Below are positions 37,424 through 53,339 of a stretch of DNA of 64,000 nucleotides, in pieces. The stretch lies in NCBI GenBank assembly GCA_002189035.1, contig NEEC01000025.1:186001-250000 (forward strand), written 5' to 3'. Below the pieces are notes generated by a model. It searched no databases. It was not told the origin of the DNA and was given only the letters and a program-made list of their open reading frames with translations. Within the stretch, counting starts at the first letter, position 1. The number at the start of each line of letters is the position of its first letter. The position numbers and the translations under genes were made by a program. The DNA comes from Utricularia gibba (lineage: Eukaryota; Plantae; Magnoliophyta).

Positions 37424-39713
37424 ATGGGTTGGTTAGGAAAAATTTTCAAGGGCTCAAAGCATAGAGTTTCAGAAGGAAGATATGATTGGAGATATGGAGA
37501 AACGGTTGAAAACTACCCATCAACTTCTGCGGTAACTTTCTCTGATTTCCATACATTTGCTGATTTCAATCTCAAATGTTTACAGCTGATTTCTTTGATT
37601 GACGTTGATGGTTCATGTCCACATCTTTTGTTTTCTTGATAATGTTATCTTTAAAATGGTGCAGGGACAACGATCTGAGATTGAGGATGTAGATCGTGCT
37701 ATTGCCTTATCCCTGTCAGATGAGTATCAGAAAGTGAACTCTTTGTATGGTATGCAAACTGGAATGGCTAGATGACATTTGGAAAACTAGCTGTAGTTTG
37801 CTAAATTCAACTTCACTAAATAGTGTTTTTGCAACTGGCTAGATAGGGACTCGCAATTCGAAGAAGATGAACTTCTTGCCAGAGCTCTCCAGGAAAGCCT
37901 GAATGTAGAATCTCCACATGAGAAAGGGAGCAGAAGGGAGCATGATCACAATTTTCATGGACATGAGACTGGTTATGGGCGTGGAGTTTATCCTCCTGCA
38001 TCTTTTCCATACCCCAGTGGCCTCAGGTAGACATTTAAACTGCTGAATCTAGGAATTTTCTGAAGCTGATGACGGTAGAATCCGATTCAAACTTCTGAAT
38101 GAACTCTGCACTTTCTCATACTTCTGTAGAGTGTGTGTGGGATGCAACTCTGAGATCACTGGAAGATTTTTGAGCTGTATGAATGCTGTTTGGCATCCGG
38201 AGTGCCTCAAATGCCATGGTTGTTGCCTTCCGATATCCGATTACGAGGTATGCAGATTTCCATCTAAAAAAAACACTATTTGATCCAAGGCTGCCTCATG
38301 GCATACTGATTATCACTGCAGTTTACAGTATATGGCAATTATCCATATCACAAGGCGTGCTACAAGGAGTCTTACCATCCAAAGTGTGATATCTGCCATC
38401 ACTTTGTAAGTGGCTTGGTACATGGTGTATACAATCCATTTCCTTTTCAATTGAGGTTTGATTTGTATCGTTCTCCGTCTACAGATTCCGATCAACGCAG
38501 CCGGTCTTATAGAATACAGGGCGCACCCTTTCTGGTCTCAGAAATATTGTCCCGCTCATGAGCACGATGGAACTGCACGGTGTTGTAGCTGCGAGCAGAT
38601 GGAGGTAACCCAGAGGTTGTTCCTGAAAAAGCTTGATTTGATCTTTGATCAATGGGATGGTTTCTTTTTGACAGCCTTTGGGAACGAAGTTTGCTTGTCT
38701 GAACGACGGTCGGAGCCTCTGCCTGGAGTGTCTGGACTCTGCGATCATGGACACCGATGAGTGCCAGTCCCTTTTTGTGGATATACTCGAGTTCTACGAA
38801 GGATTGAACATGAGCATCAACCAGCAAATACCATTGCTTCTGGTTGAGCGGCAGGCTCTGAATGAAGCCATGGATGGTGAGAGACATGTAAGATCCAGTA
38901 TCAAAATCAGAGCTTTCTTTCTCCTGTAGTAGATTTTCAATGGCGGCTCAGTTTGTGTCTCCCCCTTCAGGGTCATTACCACATGCCGGAGACTAGAGGG
39001 CTCTGTCTCTCCGAGGAGCAGACAGTGAGCACTGTAAGAAATCCAGCGTTGTAGCTATTATTACGGTGGCCGTCTCTTCACTTTGAAGCTTCCGTTGTCT
39101 CCAGATAATGACGCGGCCGGGTAGATCAGGAGGCGTGCGATCGGAGCCTCGTCGGCTGCGGCGCCATTGCGAGGTGACAGCGATTCTCATCCTGTACGGT
39201 CTCCCCAGGTACATACACTTGATAAATCGGAAGTTCTACGTATCCGATCACATCATGCCTCAAGTTCTGCCGTGTGCTCAGGCTGCTCACCGGATCGATC
39301 CTGGCGCACGAGATGATGCACGCCTGGCTTCGACTGAACGGTACCCTCTCGGACCCTGAGCTCTTATGATCGATCGATCACCCACCCCTGTTTCTGAGTT
39401 CTCTCCGGCGACAGGGTACCGGACTCTGAGACAGGACGTGGAGGAGGGCATGTGCCAGGTGATGGCGAGCATGTGGCTGGAGTCCCAGATTCTCAACATG
39501 TCCAGCAACGACAACACGGCGCCGTCGTCGTCCATCCAGCCGGCGAGATCCCGGTTCGAGAAGAAGCTCAGCGTCTTCTTCAAACACCAGATCGCCACCG
39601 ATACCTCGCTGGTGTACGGGCACGGGTTTCGAGCTGGGAATGAGGCGGTTCGCAAGTATGGGTTGCAGAGGACGCTGGATCACATACGGGAGACGGGGAA
39701 TCTACCCTTCTGA
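37424..39713 (+). CDS. DA1: DA1/DAR1-family ubiquitin receptor peptidase (UIM, LIM, zinc peptidase)
   Basis: [11 protein letters not shown], UIMs ([26 protein letters not shown]), LIM (CVGC...WHPECLKC), [27 protein letters not shown] and peptidase [16 protein letters not shown]1 versus DAR1 orthology not resolved. Confidence 0.92.
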
Positions 39714-41296
39714 TTCACCCCCCTCCTCCACCTGCTCCAAGGTCTCATCTTTCTTCTTTTTGCATCCATTTGCCTTCCCTCAGGCGCTGTCAATAGCTCT
39801 CTCTGATGCACCCATTAGTCATATTCATATAGTTTTTCAACGGATTCGCCATCGAATTCTCGTTTTACTTCTCCAGCAGCCTGCCGTACATCGTCTTGTC
39901 CGGAAAGGCAAGCGCTTTCAGAGTTCCATCACAGAGATGAATCAATACCATCCGTTGGATTGATCAGATGATCCTATGTTTTTTATTAATTTTTTAAAAA
40001 AAATAGGCAACTTTCTATTTCTAAAAACAATTTTTTATTATTTTATTTTATTAAAAAATATATATATCACATTTACCCTATAAACTTGTTTTATTGAGAT
40101 TTTCAGGAGGGTTTAGACTATTAATAGTTATTAAAATTTGAATTTATTATTATTAAAGAAAATGTTTTTATAGAGGTCATGGATACAATGAATGTGGACA
40201 TGAGCAAAATCCATGTTATAAGACACATTTCTGTTAGCCTATCATTATTACAAACACAATTATTAACACACTCATTTTTATGTTATGCCCTCTTTTTTTT
40301 TCCCTGATATCAATTATAAATAATTTGAACATTGGGGTACAAAACTGTAGATACATTGAACCTGGTCAGGATGCATCTAGTCACATTTGTTCCGGGGCAT
40401 TCCATCTCTTGTTTCTATTTCCAAACAGAAGCAAATCCAGCATGTGGGTGAATGAGGAGACACCTGAAAGCCGAACCACGAAACACCTCGTGAACGGGTC
40501 GGGTCCACCCGACTCAGGAGTCTACTAATAGAAATTATACCTTTTATTTTATAAATAAAATTAATTTGGAATGACTTGATATTTTGAATTAATGAATCTC
40601 AGTCATTTTTTTTACTCTGGGGTTTAGTTAAATATTTAATTTTTTAAATTATTTTCAAATTTAAAAATAAAATATAAATGCATCCATAAAATTCTGTGCC
40701 CATCAACGGATATTCTATTTTCTATTACATAAAATAATTTTATAGTGTACTAAATTCGAGTGCGCGGTACAAATGATTGAAAGGTATATGACGTGAATGT
40801 CCTCCCCCCAAAACTCCAAAATTCACTAATTGTACGGTGCTTTTAAGGGTATATTTGGTAAAACATTAAACATTCAAAAATTTAATGAGAAGCGTTATGC
40901 ATTGGATATTTTGTAAACTTTTTTTTATTTAATATATGATCTATAGTAAAAAAGCAAACTTATAAGTAAAAAATTGAATAATTGATTATTAATTGATAGT
41001 TACGAACGAAATGTGCCAATATATTTGATAATTTGAATTTATAGAAAAATACATTTCATTATTTTAATATTTTAAATAATCATATTAGATAAACTTCAAA
41101 TTAAATATGTATAAGTTTTTAAATTATAAAAAAAACAGAAAAAATGAATTGTTTTAGATTTTCAAAATTAGAAAGTTAAATTCTTGAGGTGGACGAGAAG
41201 CATATACCTTTCACAATTCTCCGCATATTTGAGAGGCACAGGTGGGCGCCTATAAATACCCGCGCACTCACTCAATCATTCTTCCACAGAACGAGG

Positions 41297-43152
41297 ATGG
41301 AAGGTCCTGGAACGTCGTACTGCCGGGCGGAGCGGCGGCCCTGCGTCAGATGGGTGGAGCAGATGTTCGGCGACTGCCTCTGCAACTCCAGCGACGCCGC
41401 GTCCTTTGCTTTCGGAGTCGCCGGAATGATCCTGTGGGCGGTGGCGGAGATCCCTCAGATCGTCACCAACTTCATCGACAAATCCGCCTCCGGAGTCTCC
41501 CTCGCGTTTCTCTCCACCTGGATTCTAGGGTTTCATCACCTCCTTGTTTATTTCAGTTTTACCACATTTTCTTTAATTAAAAAACACGTGGTGTTTTGTT
41601 TCTCTTACAGAGATGTCCTGAATCTGGTGGGCTGCATTCTTGAACCTACGGTGAGTCCACCTCTGAGTTTTCTTTTTTTTACCGCATTCTCGGACCTGCC
41701 ACGTGACGGTAATTTTGTTTTTTACCGTGCAGTTACCGACGCAGTTCTACACTGCATTGGTAAGTTTTATTTCCCTTGTGGTAATTTTGGTTGCCCTATT
41801 TATTCACCATTTTACCTTGTCTTTGTTTGCACGTGCAGCTTTACACAGTAGTCACAGTTGTGCTGGCGCTGCAATCTTGCTACTATGGCCACGTCATCAA
41901 ATGGTGGGATTCCCACACGAGGGGGAGGAAGCATAGTGTAACATAATATATGATATGCTCTTGATTAACAACACATTGTATTGAATCGAAATCGAAATCG
42001 AAAATCGACATTTTTTTGAATGTTTAGGACGACGAAAGCCGAGTATTGCGATCGGAGCTGTGCCGGGATCGGAAACGGGCGTCGGAGGAGCCGGTGGTGT
42101 GGGACTTTCATTTCATGTGAGATCATGTAGCATGCACATTTAGTTTGGTAGCAAAGATGATTAATATTTTTATTTAGTTATTTTATTTAAAAAAATGGAG
42201 GTGGCGTTCAGGTCGGCGCGGTCGTTGGTTGGCAGTGCATCTCCGCGGAGCGAGGATTACATTGGATCACGGAGTGGTCCTGCGGCGGTGGCGTTCGACA
42301 CCGACTCGGAGGAGGAGGAGGAGGAGGACGCGCCGCTTCCTCCGCCGAGAACTGCAACTCAGCCGCGCGTGATTCCGTCTCGTTGGAAGGGTAAGTGGAC
42401 GGCATACGGGACGTTTGGGGCTGTTTCGTCGAGTCTTCCACGCCTGGGCCGCGCCGGCCTCACCGGAGGCTTCCGGGTACTACAGGTCTCCGGTGAACTT
42501 CAAATCCAAACAGTCACATCGCTATTGCAAATTTCACTGATCATGTATCAGCAACCAGCAGGAGGCCCACGTCCACGACTCCGGCATGTTGCTGGGATGG
42601 CTGATGGCTGCAATTTACATGGGCGGCCGAGTCCCTCAGATCTGGCACAACGTGAGAATCATTGTCCAATTATCTTACAAAATCCTATCTTGAAATTACC
42701 ACAATTCATCTCCAGATCAAAAGAGGGAGCGCCGAAGGGATGAGCCCCTTCATGTTCATCTTCGCCATCGCCGCTAATGCAAGCTACGTCCTGAGGTAAA
42801 TAATAATCAAAAAGTAGTTTTCAATGCTCGCAAATAACAAGATTCTGTTGATGCAGCATTGTGGTGAGGAACTGTGAATGGAAGGTGGTAAAAGCCAACT
42901 TACCGTGGCTACTGGATGCTGTAATTTGTGTCCTCCTCGATCTCTTCGTATCCTTCCCCTTTTCCCTTTTAGAAAGTCGTGGCATTTTACAGATCAACGG
43001 CGTACCCTACCGTACCTGCTTTCTTCCTTAACATGGCGCACTCCCAGATCGTTCTTCAGTTCATCTTCTACAGGTTCGTGAGGAAGAAAGCCGCCCATCG
43101 AGCCGGACCGTACCATGGTGACTGCTCGGAGTTCTGCAAGACGGCGCTATGA
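41297..43152 (+). CDS. PQ-loop repeat vacuolar amino-acid transporter (YPQ/PQLC2-like)
   Basis: First PQ motif WAVAEIPQIVTNF...LGDVLNLVGCILEP; second PQ motif LGWLMAAIYMGGRVPQIWHN-IKRGSAEGMSPFMF; ANLPWLLDA. Last intron is U12-type. Confidence 0.9.
42948..43047 (+). other. U12-type (minor spliceosome) GT-AG intron
   Basis: 5' site GTATCCTT at 42948, branch site TTCCTTAAC at 43024-43032, AG at 43046-43047. Removal keeps the frame (LLDLF-IVLQF). Confidence 0.9.
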
Positions 43153-43289
43153 GCTACAGAAGTCATGCGACTACTCTGCTTTTGTGTTTGGTTTGATGTT
43201 TATAAGTGTTTGTAATTAAACCTTATTTAAAATTATCTGAAACTTGGGAGGAGACATGCTGGGATACAGGGGAGGCAGTACACATCTTC

Positions 43290-43988
43290 TTAGCCCCAAA
43301 GTAGGGTCAGAATAACACTGAAACCGATCAACAAGAGAAGGAACTTGAGAGTGGCATCCGCCTGCTGCTGCTGATCTCCGTGTTGGGGGTATCGGCGAAG
43401 ATGGGGCGCTCCACTGTGGTATGCATTTGGATATCCATGGTAGAATCCAGGGCCTGCTCCATACATGTTAGCAGTAGGGAATCCATGGAGCTGAATGTTG
43501 AAGATTGATGGGAACAGGCCTCCAAATGCAGTCGGCCATGTGAAGTTGCCAAACCTGGTCTGAGCCATAGGTGCGAAGCCCCCAAAAGGACCAAACCCGA
43601 AGCCACCCATCATTCCATAGCCTGGTTGACCAAAGCCGGCGGGGTTTGGATCAGGTGGAGGGGCTGTTTCTGGTCTCTGTCCGGTTGGTCGGTGAGGAAT
43701 ATCCATGCCGGGGGCTGATTTAGATCGAGGATCTGTTGAGTTCTTTCCACGGCCATATAAGGGTACTAGCTTCTCCTCCTCAATAACAGCCTTGCAAACT
43801 GGGCATTCATGGGACCGAGAGTGGTTGCGGAGCCATTCGTAAAGGCACGGCCAACAGAAGAGATGACCGCAGAGGGTGACGATTGGATCTTGGGCCAAAT
43901 CAAAACATATGTTGCACTCAAAATTTCCGGTATCGCCACTGGTATTGCCACTGCTTGAGTAAGAATTCTTTGGAGGCTGCCTGCTCAT
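43290..43988 (-). CDS. RMA/RNF5-type membrane-anchored RING E3 ligase, intronless
   Basis: FECNICFDLAQDPIVTLCGHLFCWPCLYEWL...CPVCK, LVPLYGRG, IPHRPTGQRPETAP and C-terminal TM LKFLLLLIGFSVILTLLW. Confidence 0.93.
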   Translation of the reverse strand: MSRQPPKNSYSSSGNTSGDTGNFECNICFDLAQDPIVTLCGHLFCWPCLYEWLRNHSRSHECPVCKAVIEEEKLVPLYGRGKNSTDPRSKSAPGMDIPHRPTGQRPETAPPPDPNPAGFGQPGYGMMGGFGFGPFGGFAPMAQTRFGNFTWPTAFGGLFPSIFNIQLHGFPTANMYGAGPGFYHGYPNAYHSGAPHLRRYPQHGDQQQQADATLKFLLLLIGFSVILTLLWG

Positions 43989-44765
43989 TGAATCCCCGAA
44001 TCCACTGGCTATCCTTAAACTCTACGAAGTAGAAAGAATTCATCATCAATCACCTCACCAAATGCACAAAAAAAAAAAAAAACTGTGTGAAAAAATTGAA
44101 AATTTTGACAAGATATCATCTATTTTTATTATCTCAAACCTCCAATAACCATAATCTTAAATCACGAAACAAAAAACCCTTGATCAATTCACCGACTTCC
44201 AGATCAAAGTATCGAATCGAACCACACGTTGAAAAAAATTGTAATAACCGGATCTGAACAAGATTCTAGAGGAGAACAAACCTGTGCATTCGAGAGATGC
44301 GAGATCGAGCAGACGACAAAGGCGAAAAATATCGCGTGGACCTGCCGATCGTTGATTTCAGGGTCGCGTATCTGAGTCTCTGCTACTGGTGGAGAAATTC
44401 CAAAAAAGGGACTTGCTTACTAACGACGTCGTTTAAGGAATGGGTCTGCTTAAGCCCAATAATATATCAATGGGCCTGTTCGGAATAGAGCGTGCGTTAT
44501 AATTACCTACAGGCTACATTTGACAAAGATAAGTACGTCATTAAGACAGTGATAAGAAATACGACACGATGATTGGTTGATTAATTAGGTAATCTCTGTT
44601 AATGCATTTCCCCTTATCAGAAACCCTATCCCCACCGTCCGGCGTTTTCCGTTCGCCTAATTTCTGATTCTAACACCACCAGCATCTCAACAATGTGTTG
44701 TTACTTGTTCTGAATTTGACGTTTTGGATATCAGAAAGCGAGGAGGAGCCCAACACGGCGGCTGA

Positions 44766-45956
<1,191 letters not shown>

Positions 45957-46036
45957 CTCCTTGATCCCGAGTCACTGATCACCGATCATGTTGTTGTAAC
46001 TTAACTTCTGAATTACAAATGTTGTTTAGCCCGGTA

Positions 46037-46930
46037 TCAAGGCGAAGGGCAAAACGTGATAGCGTAATGGGAACCAGTACAAGTGCAGGTGCTCGACAGA
46101 TCGTCATAAGCGTAGCTGTACGCCGCCGGGCAAGCTGTCTTGAAGATGGCGGAGTATTTCGTCGGCGCACATGTCTCTGGCCTCGAATGCTCCTCTGTGC
46201 AGCAAAACTCCGATGTGCCGAAGGCGTCACAAGCGCTTCGGCAAGCTACAATTGATCCGCCACTGTCCACGACTCTCAGCTCCGGCGGACACTCACGATT
46301 CACGTCCTCCACGCAGCCAGCATACTGGCAGTCGCCTTTGCCGCCAATTGGCCGCACCCCGACACCCACATTGTAGCCGTCGACAAGACTCACGTCGTAG
46401 AAGTCCTTCCCGCCATTCCCGATTGTAAACTCCAGGAGGCTCACCTGATAAACGCAGATTGTCAAGCTCATTCGTAAGCTTACGGAAAAAAGGGTACTCT
46501 CTTTTTTCTGAAAATTACCGGTGGGGCACCGCCACCGACGCATGTGAGCGTGCCACCGCAGTCTCCGGTTACACACTTGCCGTTGCCGGCGAAATCGAAG
46601 TTGCATCCTGTTCGTGCCCAAAACCGACCAGACCACCCAGGGGATGCGGTTAATCGAATGCTTTCACCTGGTGGCAATACAAAACCTCCTCCCCCGAGGT
46701 TACCGGCATTGTTTCCGGAAATCGTACCAGGCCAGACGGTGAAATTGCAGCTGTTGCGAATAATGAAATCGGTGGCCGAAACTCTCCCAAGTAGCAACAA
46801 CACCACCCCTGCAAGCAAACATTTCCCCTGAAACTCAGAGTGCCCGATTCCATAAAGTTAGTGAGTTTTCAAATCAACCTGTGGAGATGCAGAAGAATGG
46901 GAATCCTGGCAGCAGCTGAAGATGGAGCAT
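46037..46930 (-). CDS. Thaumatin-like (PR-5) protein; first exon uncertain
   Basis: NSCNFTVWPG, WSGRFWARTGCNF, CVTGDCGG, LLEFTIG...DFYDVSLVDGYN, ACRSAC, FKTACPAAYSYAYDD and ITFCP. The signal peptide probably uses an upstream exon from ATG 46930 spliced to the AG near 46811. Confidence 0.88.
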
Positions 46931-47298
46931 GTTTGCCGGAAAGTGGAGGTTCCTGGAAGTTGATTCACCTTTACTGCAGCTTTATACAGCAAAATGTTGA
47001 ACTGGGTTAACGTCTCTGCAATAAATAACGATTCATTCCAAGATTTTTGCCAAACAAACTCGCACCAGAATCCACCCACCACCACCACAGTGGAGACGAT
47101 CATGGAAGAAAAGTAATATATATGCTTTAATATTATTTTTAATTTTATTTAATTACATTATGTCATGCTATTTTGAAATTACCTTATACAATTAAGATAT
47201 TCAATAGACAAATTATATACTTTTATTATTTTAAATTATCAAATATATGGATATCTTTTATATATAATAATTGATAGTATATAAATTGTACCGTATTT

Positions 47299-47320
47299 AT
47301 TATATATATATATATATATT
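47299..47320. repeat. (TA)n microsatellite in AT-rich intergenic DNA
   Basis: tattatatatatatatatatattat; ends approximate. Confidence 0.8.
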
Positions 47321-48088
47321 ATGTAATATAGTACTCATGGTATTTTGAAAAAAAAAAACAAATTATTTGTTTATTTAATTATCTAAATTCATGAGGTGGA
47401 TCATATGATAAATATGGCTACCAAATAGTCATATTTAATTACATTTTTTGTAATAATGTATATTTAATTATAATAATGATCAAATATATCCTAACATAAT
47501 CCACGTAATTTAGTAATTAGTAATAAAATAATTGTATTTATTCGCTGTGTGCAACCATTTTCCTCCCCCCCGATAATCTCCCTGGAATCTCGAATCGTAA
47601 GGTTTTGCGGTTGGGCAGGTACTCTTTCTTAGCTTTGAAGTTGTTTGTTTCTGCTGCGATTCGTGAGTTTGTGTTTATGCGGATGTTAGGTTCACGTGTT
47701 ATCGTTTTTCTGTATGAGGCTTGCCAAAGATGGAAGTTGTTCTGAGAATCGCTGGGTTCTTAAGCCTTGAATGTGTTGGTGTTCTATTCGTTGGTTCTTT
47801 TATGGTTTCTTTGCTTTTCAATTTATCAATTTCATTGTGTTATTGTGGATTGGGGTGGGATTTGAGTTAGGGCTTCTTCTGGATAGTCTGAATTGCAATT
47901 TCAGTGGTTTTTTTTGTCCCTTCGGATTCGAGGAGCAATTCTCTTAAAGAGATGTTGAAGAATTTTTTGATTCATGATTATGAGGTGTGTTTGTCGTGGG
48001 TGCTGGGATGGAGAGAGTATTCACACATATGGTTTTTACTGCCAGTTAAGTTAACGCTTTATGAACATTGCAGCCCCAAATACAAAAA

Positions 48089-49092
48089 ATGATTAAGTTA
48101 TTCAAAGTAAAGGAGAAGCAGAGAGAACTTGCTGAAAATGCTGATGGAAAACCTCCTGCCAAGAAGCAAAGTGCTGGGGAGTTACGGCTTCACAAAGGTT
48201 TCTGTATCCATGTGGAACCTGAGTTTTGTGTTTTAATTGAATAAATCATCTTTTCACCCTTGCTATTCTTTCTGTGTTACTGGAACTCATCTTTTCTTAT
48301 GGCTTCTATATTTATGGGCTTTTTTTTTGAGTAACTGCTTGCATTAGTTCATTGTTAATGCTGCAGACATAAGCGAGTTAAACCTGCCAAAAACATGTAG
48401 CATTTCATTCCCTAATGGCAAGGATGATCTGATGAACTTTGAAGTATCAATCCGCCCCGATGAAGGATATTATCTGTACGCACTTATTATTTTTTTCAAT
48501 AATAATAATGCCACTTGCTCTGCTTGCCGATTTTTTTCTCGAATCATCACCTGATAGTGCTGCCTTTTTTTTTTTCTCAGGGGTGGGACATTTATATTCA
48601 CATTTCATATTTCTCCAGTGTACCCGCATGATGCACCAAAAGTGAAATGCAAGACTAAGGTAATTTTAAATCCAGGGTCTTCATTTTCTTTTCTGTCGCA
48701 CATGGTACAAAATCGTTTTGTTATCTGTTTGTGTATTCCGAAAATCAATCATCTCGCAGGTCTACCATCCCAACATTGACTTGGAAGGAAATGTCTGCCT
48801 GAACATTCTTCGTGAAGACTGGAAGCCCGTACTCAACATAAACACTATCATCTATGGGTTGTATCATCTTTTCACGGTGCTTATCATCCTTCTTTGATCA
48901 AACCATATTCTTAAACTCTACACAACTCCTCTCATTGCTTCTCCAAATGAACAGGAGCCAAATCACGAGGACCCTCTCAATCATGACGCTGCAGCGGTGT
49001 TGAGAGATAATCCAAAGATGTTTGAATCCAATGTCAGGAGGGCTATGACCGGTGGCTACGTGGGACCAACTTTCTTCCCCCGCTGCATATAG
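48089..49092 (+). CDS. RCE1: NEDD8/RUB-conjugating enzyme Ubc12
   Basis: [13 protein letters not shown]...[64 protein letters not shown]...[13 protein letters not shown]-stop. Confidence 0.95.
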
Positions 49093-49983
49093 CACCATGC
49101 AGGTCAGAAGACTGTACATTACTAAATCCATGTTCTCTGTGCCTCTTCAGAAGAACGTTATGTTGAGTTGTACTCGGATTAGGACAAGAAGGATGCTTGA
49201 CGAATTGTTCTCCTTTCCGCCTTGTTCATCTCTGTGTCCCAAATTGCATTGCTGATGCCTTTTTTCCCTTGTATGGAACGTGTTGTTGTCTGCTGAATCA
49301 CTCTGTTTGTTGTGTGTTGAAATGCATCATGAATCATAGGTTTGTTGATGATTTAGGGTAGCCATGTGATCTGATCCCCAATCATTAGGACACCATCCAT
49401 GTTTAGGAAAACCGTTTCAAAAAGTGGCCGCGGGCCGGGTATGGACAAATGGGTAGTGGTAGATGTGGTCAAAGATAAACCGGGCCGGCCCACAAGAAAG
49501 TTAGGACAGCGCGGCAACTACTTTTGCACCCACGCCGATTCTTGATCCTTTCCCCTTTTCTTTGTTTCCCAAAGCAGTAGGTGTGCTTACTGGGGACCAC
49601 CGAGGCCGCGTGCGCTGATCTGATTGGCTGATTGACCATCCATCCATCTCTTATGCTTTGAATACTGGTTTTTTTTAAACATTAAAAAAAATTTTAGTAA
49701 ATTTTGATTTATAAAAAATAAAACAAAAATGTTTATTTATAAGATTACAAAAAGGGATGAAATGATTTTATTATTATTTGGTGTGTTACTGATTGCATGT
49801 GTTGCAGTACAAGTACAACTATAAATAACCGTCTCTTTCAGGAAATGCAAATTACAGGCAGACGAAAAGAGCGAGAGAGCGAGAGGGAGAAGGAGAGAGA
49901 GAGAGGGAGGAGGAGACTGGTGGAAGCAGCGTGATCCTCGTGAGTGAATGCACGTCGGAACTGGAGCTTCGATTTGCTTCTGA

Positions 49984-51296
<1,313 letters not shown>

Positions 51297-52286
51297 AGAA
51301 GACAAGCTTCGAAGTCACCACTGCTTTCTTCCAGCATTCCATCACCATATGTCATATCTTCAAAAGAATCTGGAAGCAGCCCGCCATTTGAACCCCCTTC
51401 TCGTTTTCTTCCTCATCTACAATTTCTTTCCACTGGTAGTGTAACTGGTCTGCAGTCTGAAAACTCTTGTATTCATTCATTTTGCCCTCAATCCAGAGAA
51501 TTTCTGCACGCTGTACCTTCTCCTTCTAAGGCAATGCTTTCACTGTCATGATTCATGCGCCTGAAACTACTAGATAACTAACTCATCAAACCCCAACTAA
51601 CAATATCAAGATTGTCTCATGCAGCTAAGCATTTAAAGCATGGAGTGATGATCAATAAGTAGTTTTCGTTGGCCCCTCTTGTAGCTCGCTGGCTGCTTAA
51701 CTCTTCAAGGAATTATTGACGTCAGACATACAAGAAAAAAAAAGAAAACAATTCCATGTGGAGCAGTGCAACACAGTGAGGGGGAATCCCACTTGCCCAA
51801 TCTGCTTACATGTCTTGTCCTAATTATTACAACCCTTGCTTCATTCACATGGCCTGCTGCTCATTGATCTTCCGATCTAATCTAATCTTGGAGCTATCAT
51901 AAATAGCGCTCATGAGAAAGCGCAAGCTACCAACTTTTTATATCACAGAATTCTAATAGTTAGATTTATCTCTTAACTTTCTCATGATGAGCCAAGCAGA
52001 GTTTCAAACACCAGGGGCACGTGCGCGTTAGCTTCATGACACCAAGATCTCAAGCAACTGGCATTACAAACGAGATATTGAATGACATGGAGACAAACTT
52101 GCCATTCTTCATGTGGGTTCAGGGTTATAGACATGTATCTTCTAGATAAACATTTCAAGCCAAAGAAGAGACAAGTCCTAAAAAAACAAGTTAATCATCC
52201 ATCATCAGGTACCTCCAGGAAAAAGATGCGACCTTGATAGCAGGATAGCCTCTGCTCCAAGAAGTTGCTGCGTCCACAGGCATTCC

Positions 52287-53094
52287 TCATCCAAGATGCC
52301 TGAAGAAGGGTAACCAAAATAATGGACATATGGTGAACTTATTCGTGGTGATTAACTATAGGAGATGAAAAGTAAAAAATTCTGGAAAAGATGATTAGTA
52401 GATAACACCATTTGGGGAAACAGATACAATAAATATGGGTTAACAATGCGATCTGATCAACATTTTGCTTGCACAGTGGAGCTGTGGAGATAGCAAGATC
52501 AAGCTGACTGCAGGCATGTCAGCCTGTCTGGCAAGATGAATACCACTCAGGATTTCTTTTGATGGGGAATGAGTATTGTAGCTTCTCTTTGAAAAATCAA
52601 ACTTGCAAACAGAACTTTTCAGATAAAGCTCCGATTTCAAGGGTCTACAAACTGACAAAAGCTTATGAACACTGCAAACTCCAGGAATCTGAAACACCTA
52701 AAGTTATTCAACCATTCAACACATAATAACCAAAAGCACCAACCAAGATCTCCAGTGTGCAATTCAATCAGTGGTAGGTGCCAAAAAACGTCGCTCTCAA
52801 TATCAATTCACAAGAACCAATAATGTATATCCACATTTATAGCAAATCCCATGTTCACAACTCACCTTCTGCAAAAATCAGTGACGTAGTTCGAAGTATT
52901 GTAGAAGACAAACCACATCAGCACAATCACAAGAGTATCTAGACAGGATTAAGGGATCGCTATTCTGAACCACGGGATAAAACCACAAACTCAACGAATT
53001 GAAGGATACTGAAGAGGTACCGCTCCCACCAGTCCAGCATATAAAGCCCGAAAGTAACATTGTAGAGATAGATCTTGCGCTGAATCCAGTTCAT
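52287..53094 (-). CDS. ssSPT: Small subunit of serine palmitoyltransferase (56 aa), absent as a whole from the ORF track
   Basis: Exons 53010-53094, 52866-52938, 52287-52299 total 171 nt: MNWIQRKIYLYNVTFGLYMLDWWERYLFNTLVIVLMWFVFYNTSNYVTDFCRRHLG-stop. Confidence 0.93.
52939..53009 (-). other. U12-type GT-AG intron of only 71 nt in ssSPT
   Basis: 5' site GTATCCTT (53002-53009) and branch-like TCCCTTAAT (52948-52956) about 8 nt before the AG. Confidence 0.8.
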
Positions 53095-53339
53095 GCTTCC
53101 GGACTTCCACAAAAGCCAAAAACCCAAAAAAGTTGACTGTTCCCAGCTTCTACTGCCGCCATCTCCAGGAAATGCGAACAAGTACGGATTCGGGTGTTAT
53201 GTCCTAATTTGGGCCGTAAATGCACTAGGCCCGGACGGTAAAGGCCAGTATTTGCGCTGCCGCACACGTCCCACAGCACACTGAACATTGTATTGCTCTG
53301 GTGTCAAATGGACCTTCCGATGCTGTGTTTTGTTGATCG

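Noticed and set aside
39840-40530. Short minus-strand frames (e.g. HLCDGTLKALAFPDKTMYGRLLEK) flanking an AT-rich tract
   Set aside because: Could not be linked into a gene or assigned to a family.
11629-43988. Two RNF5/RMA-like RING genes as a local duplication
   Set aside because: They share only the RING core, differ in architecture (only one has a TM anchor) and are 30 kb apart; they belong to old subfamilies.
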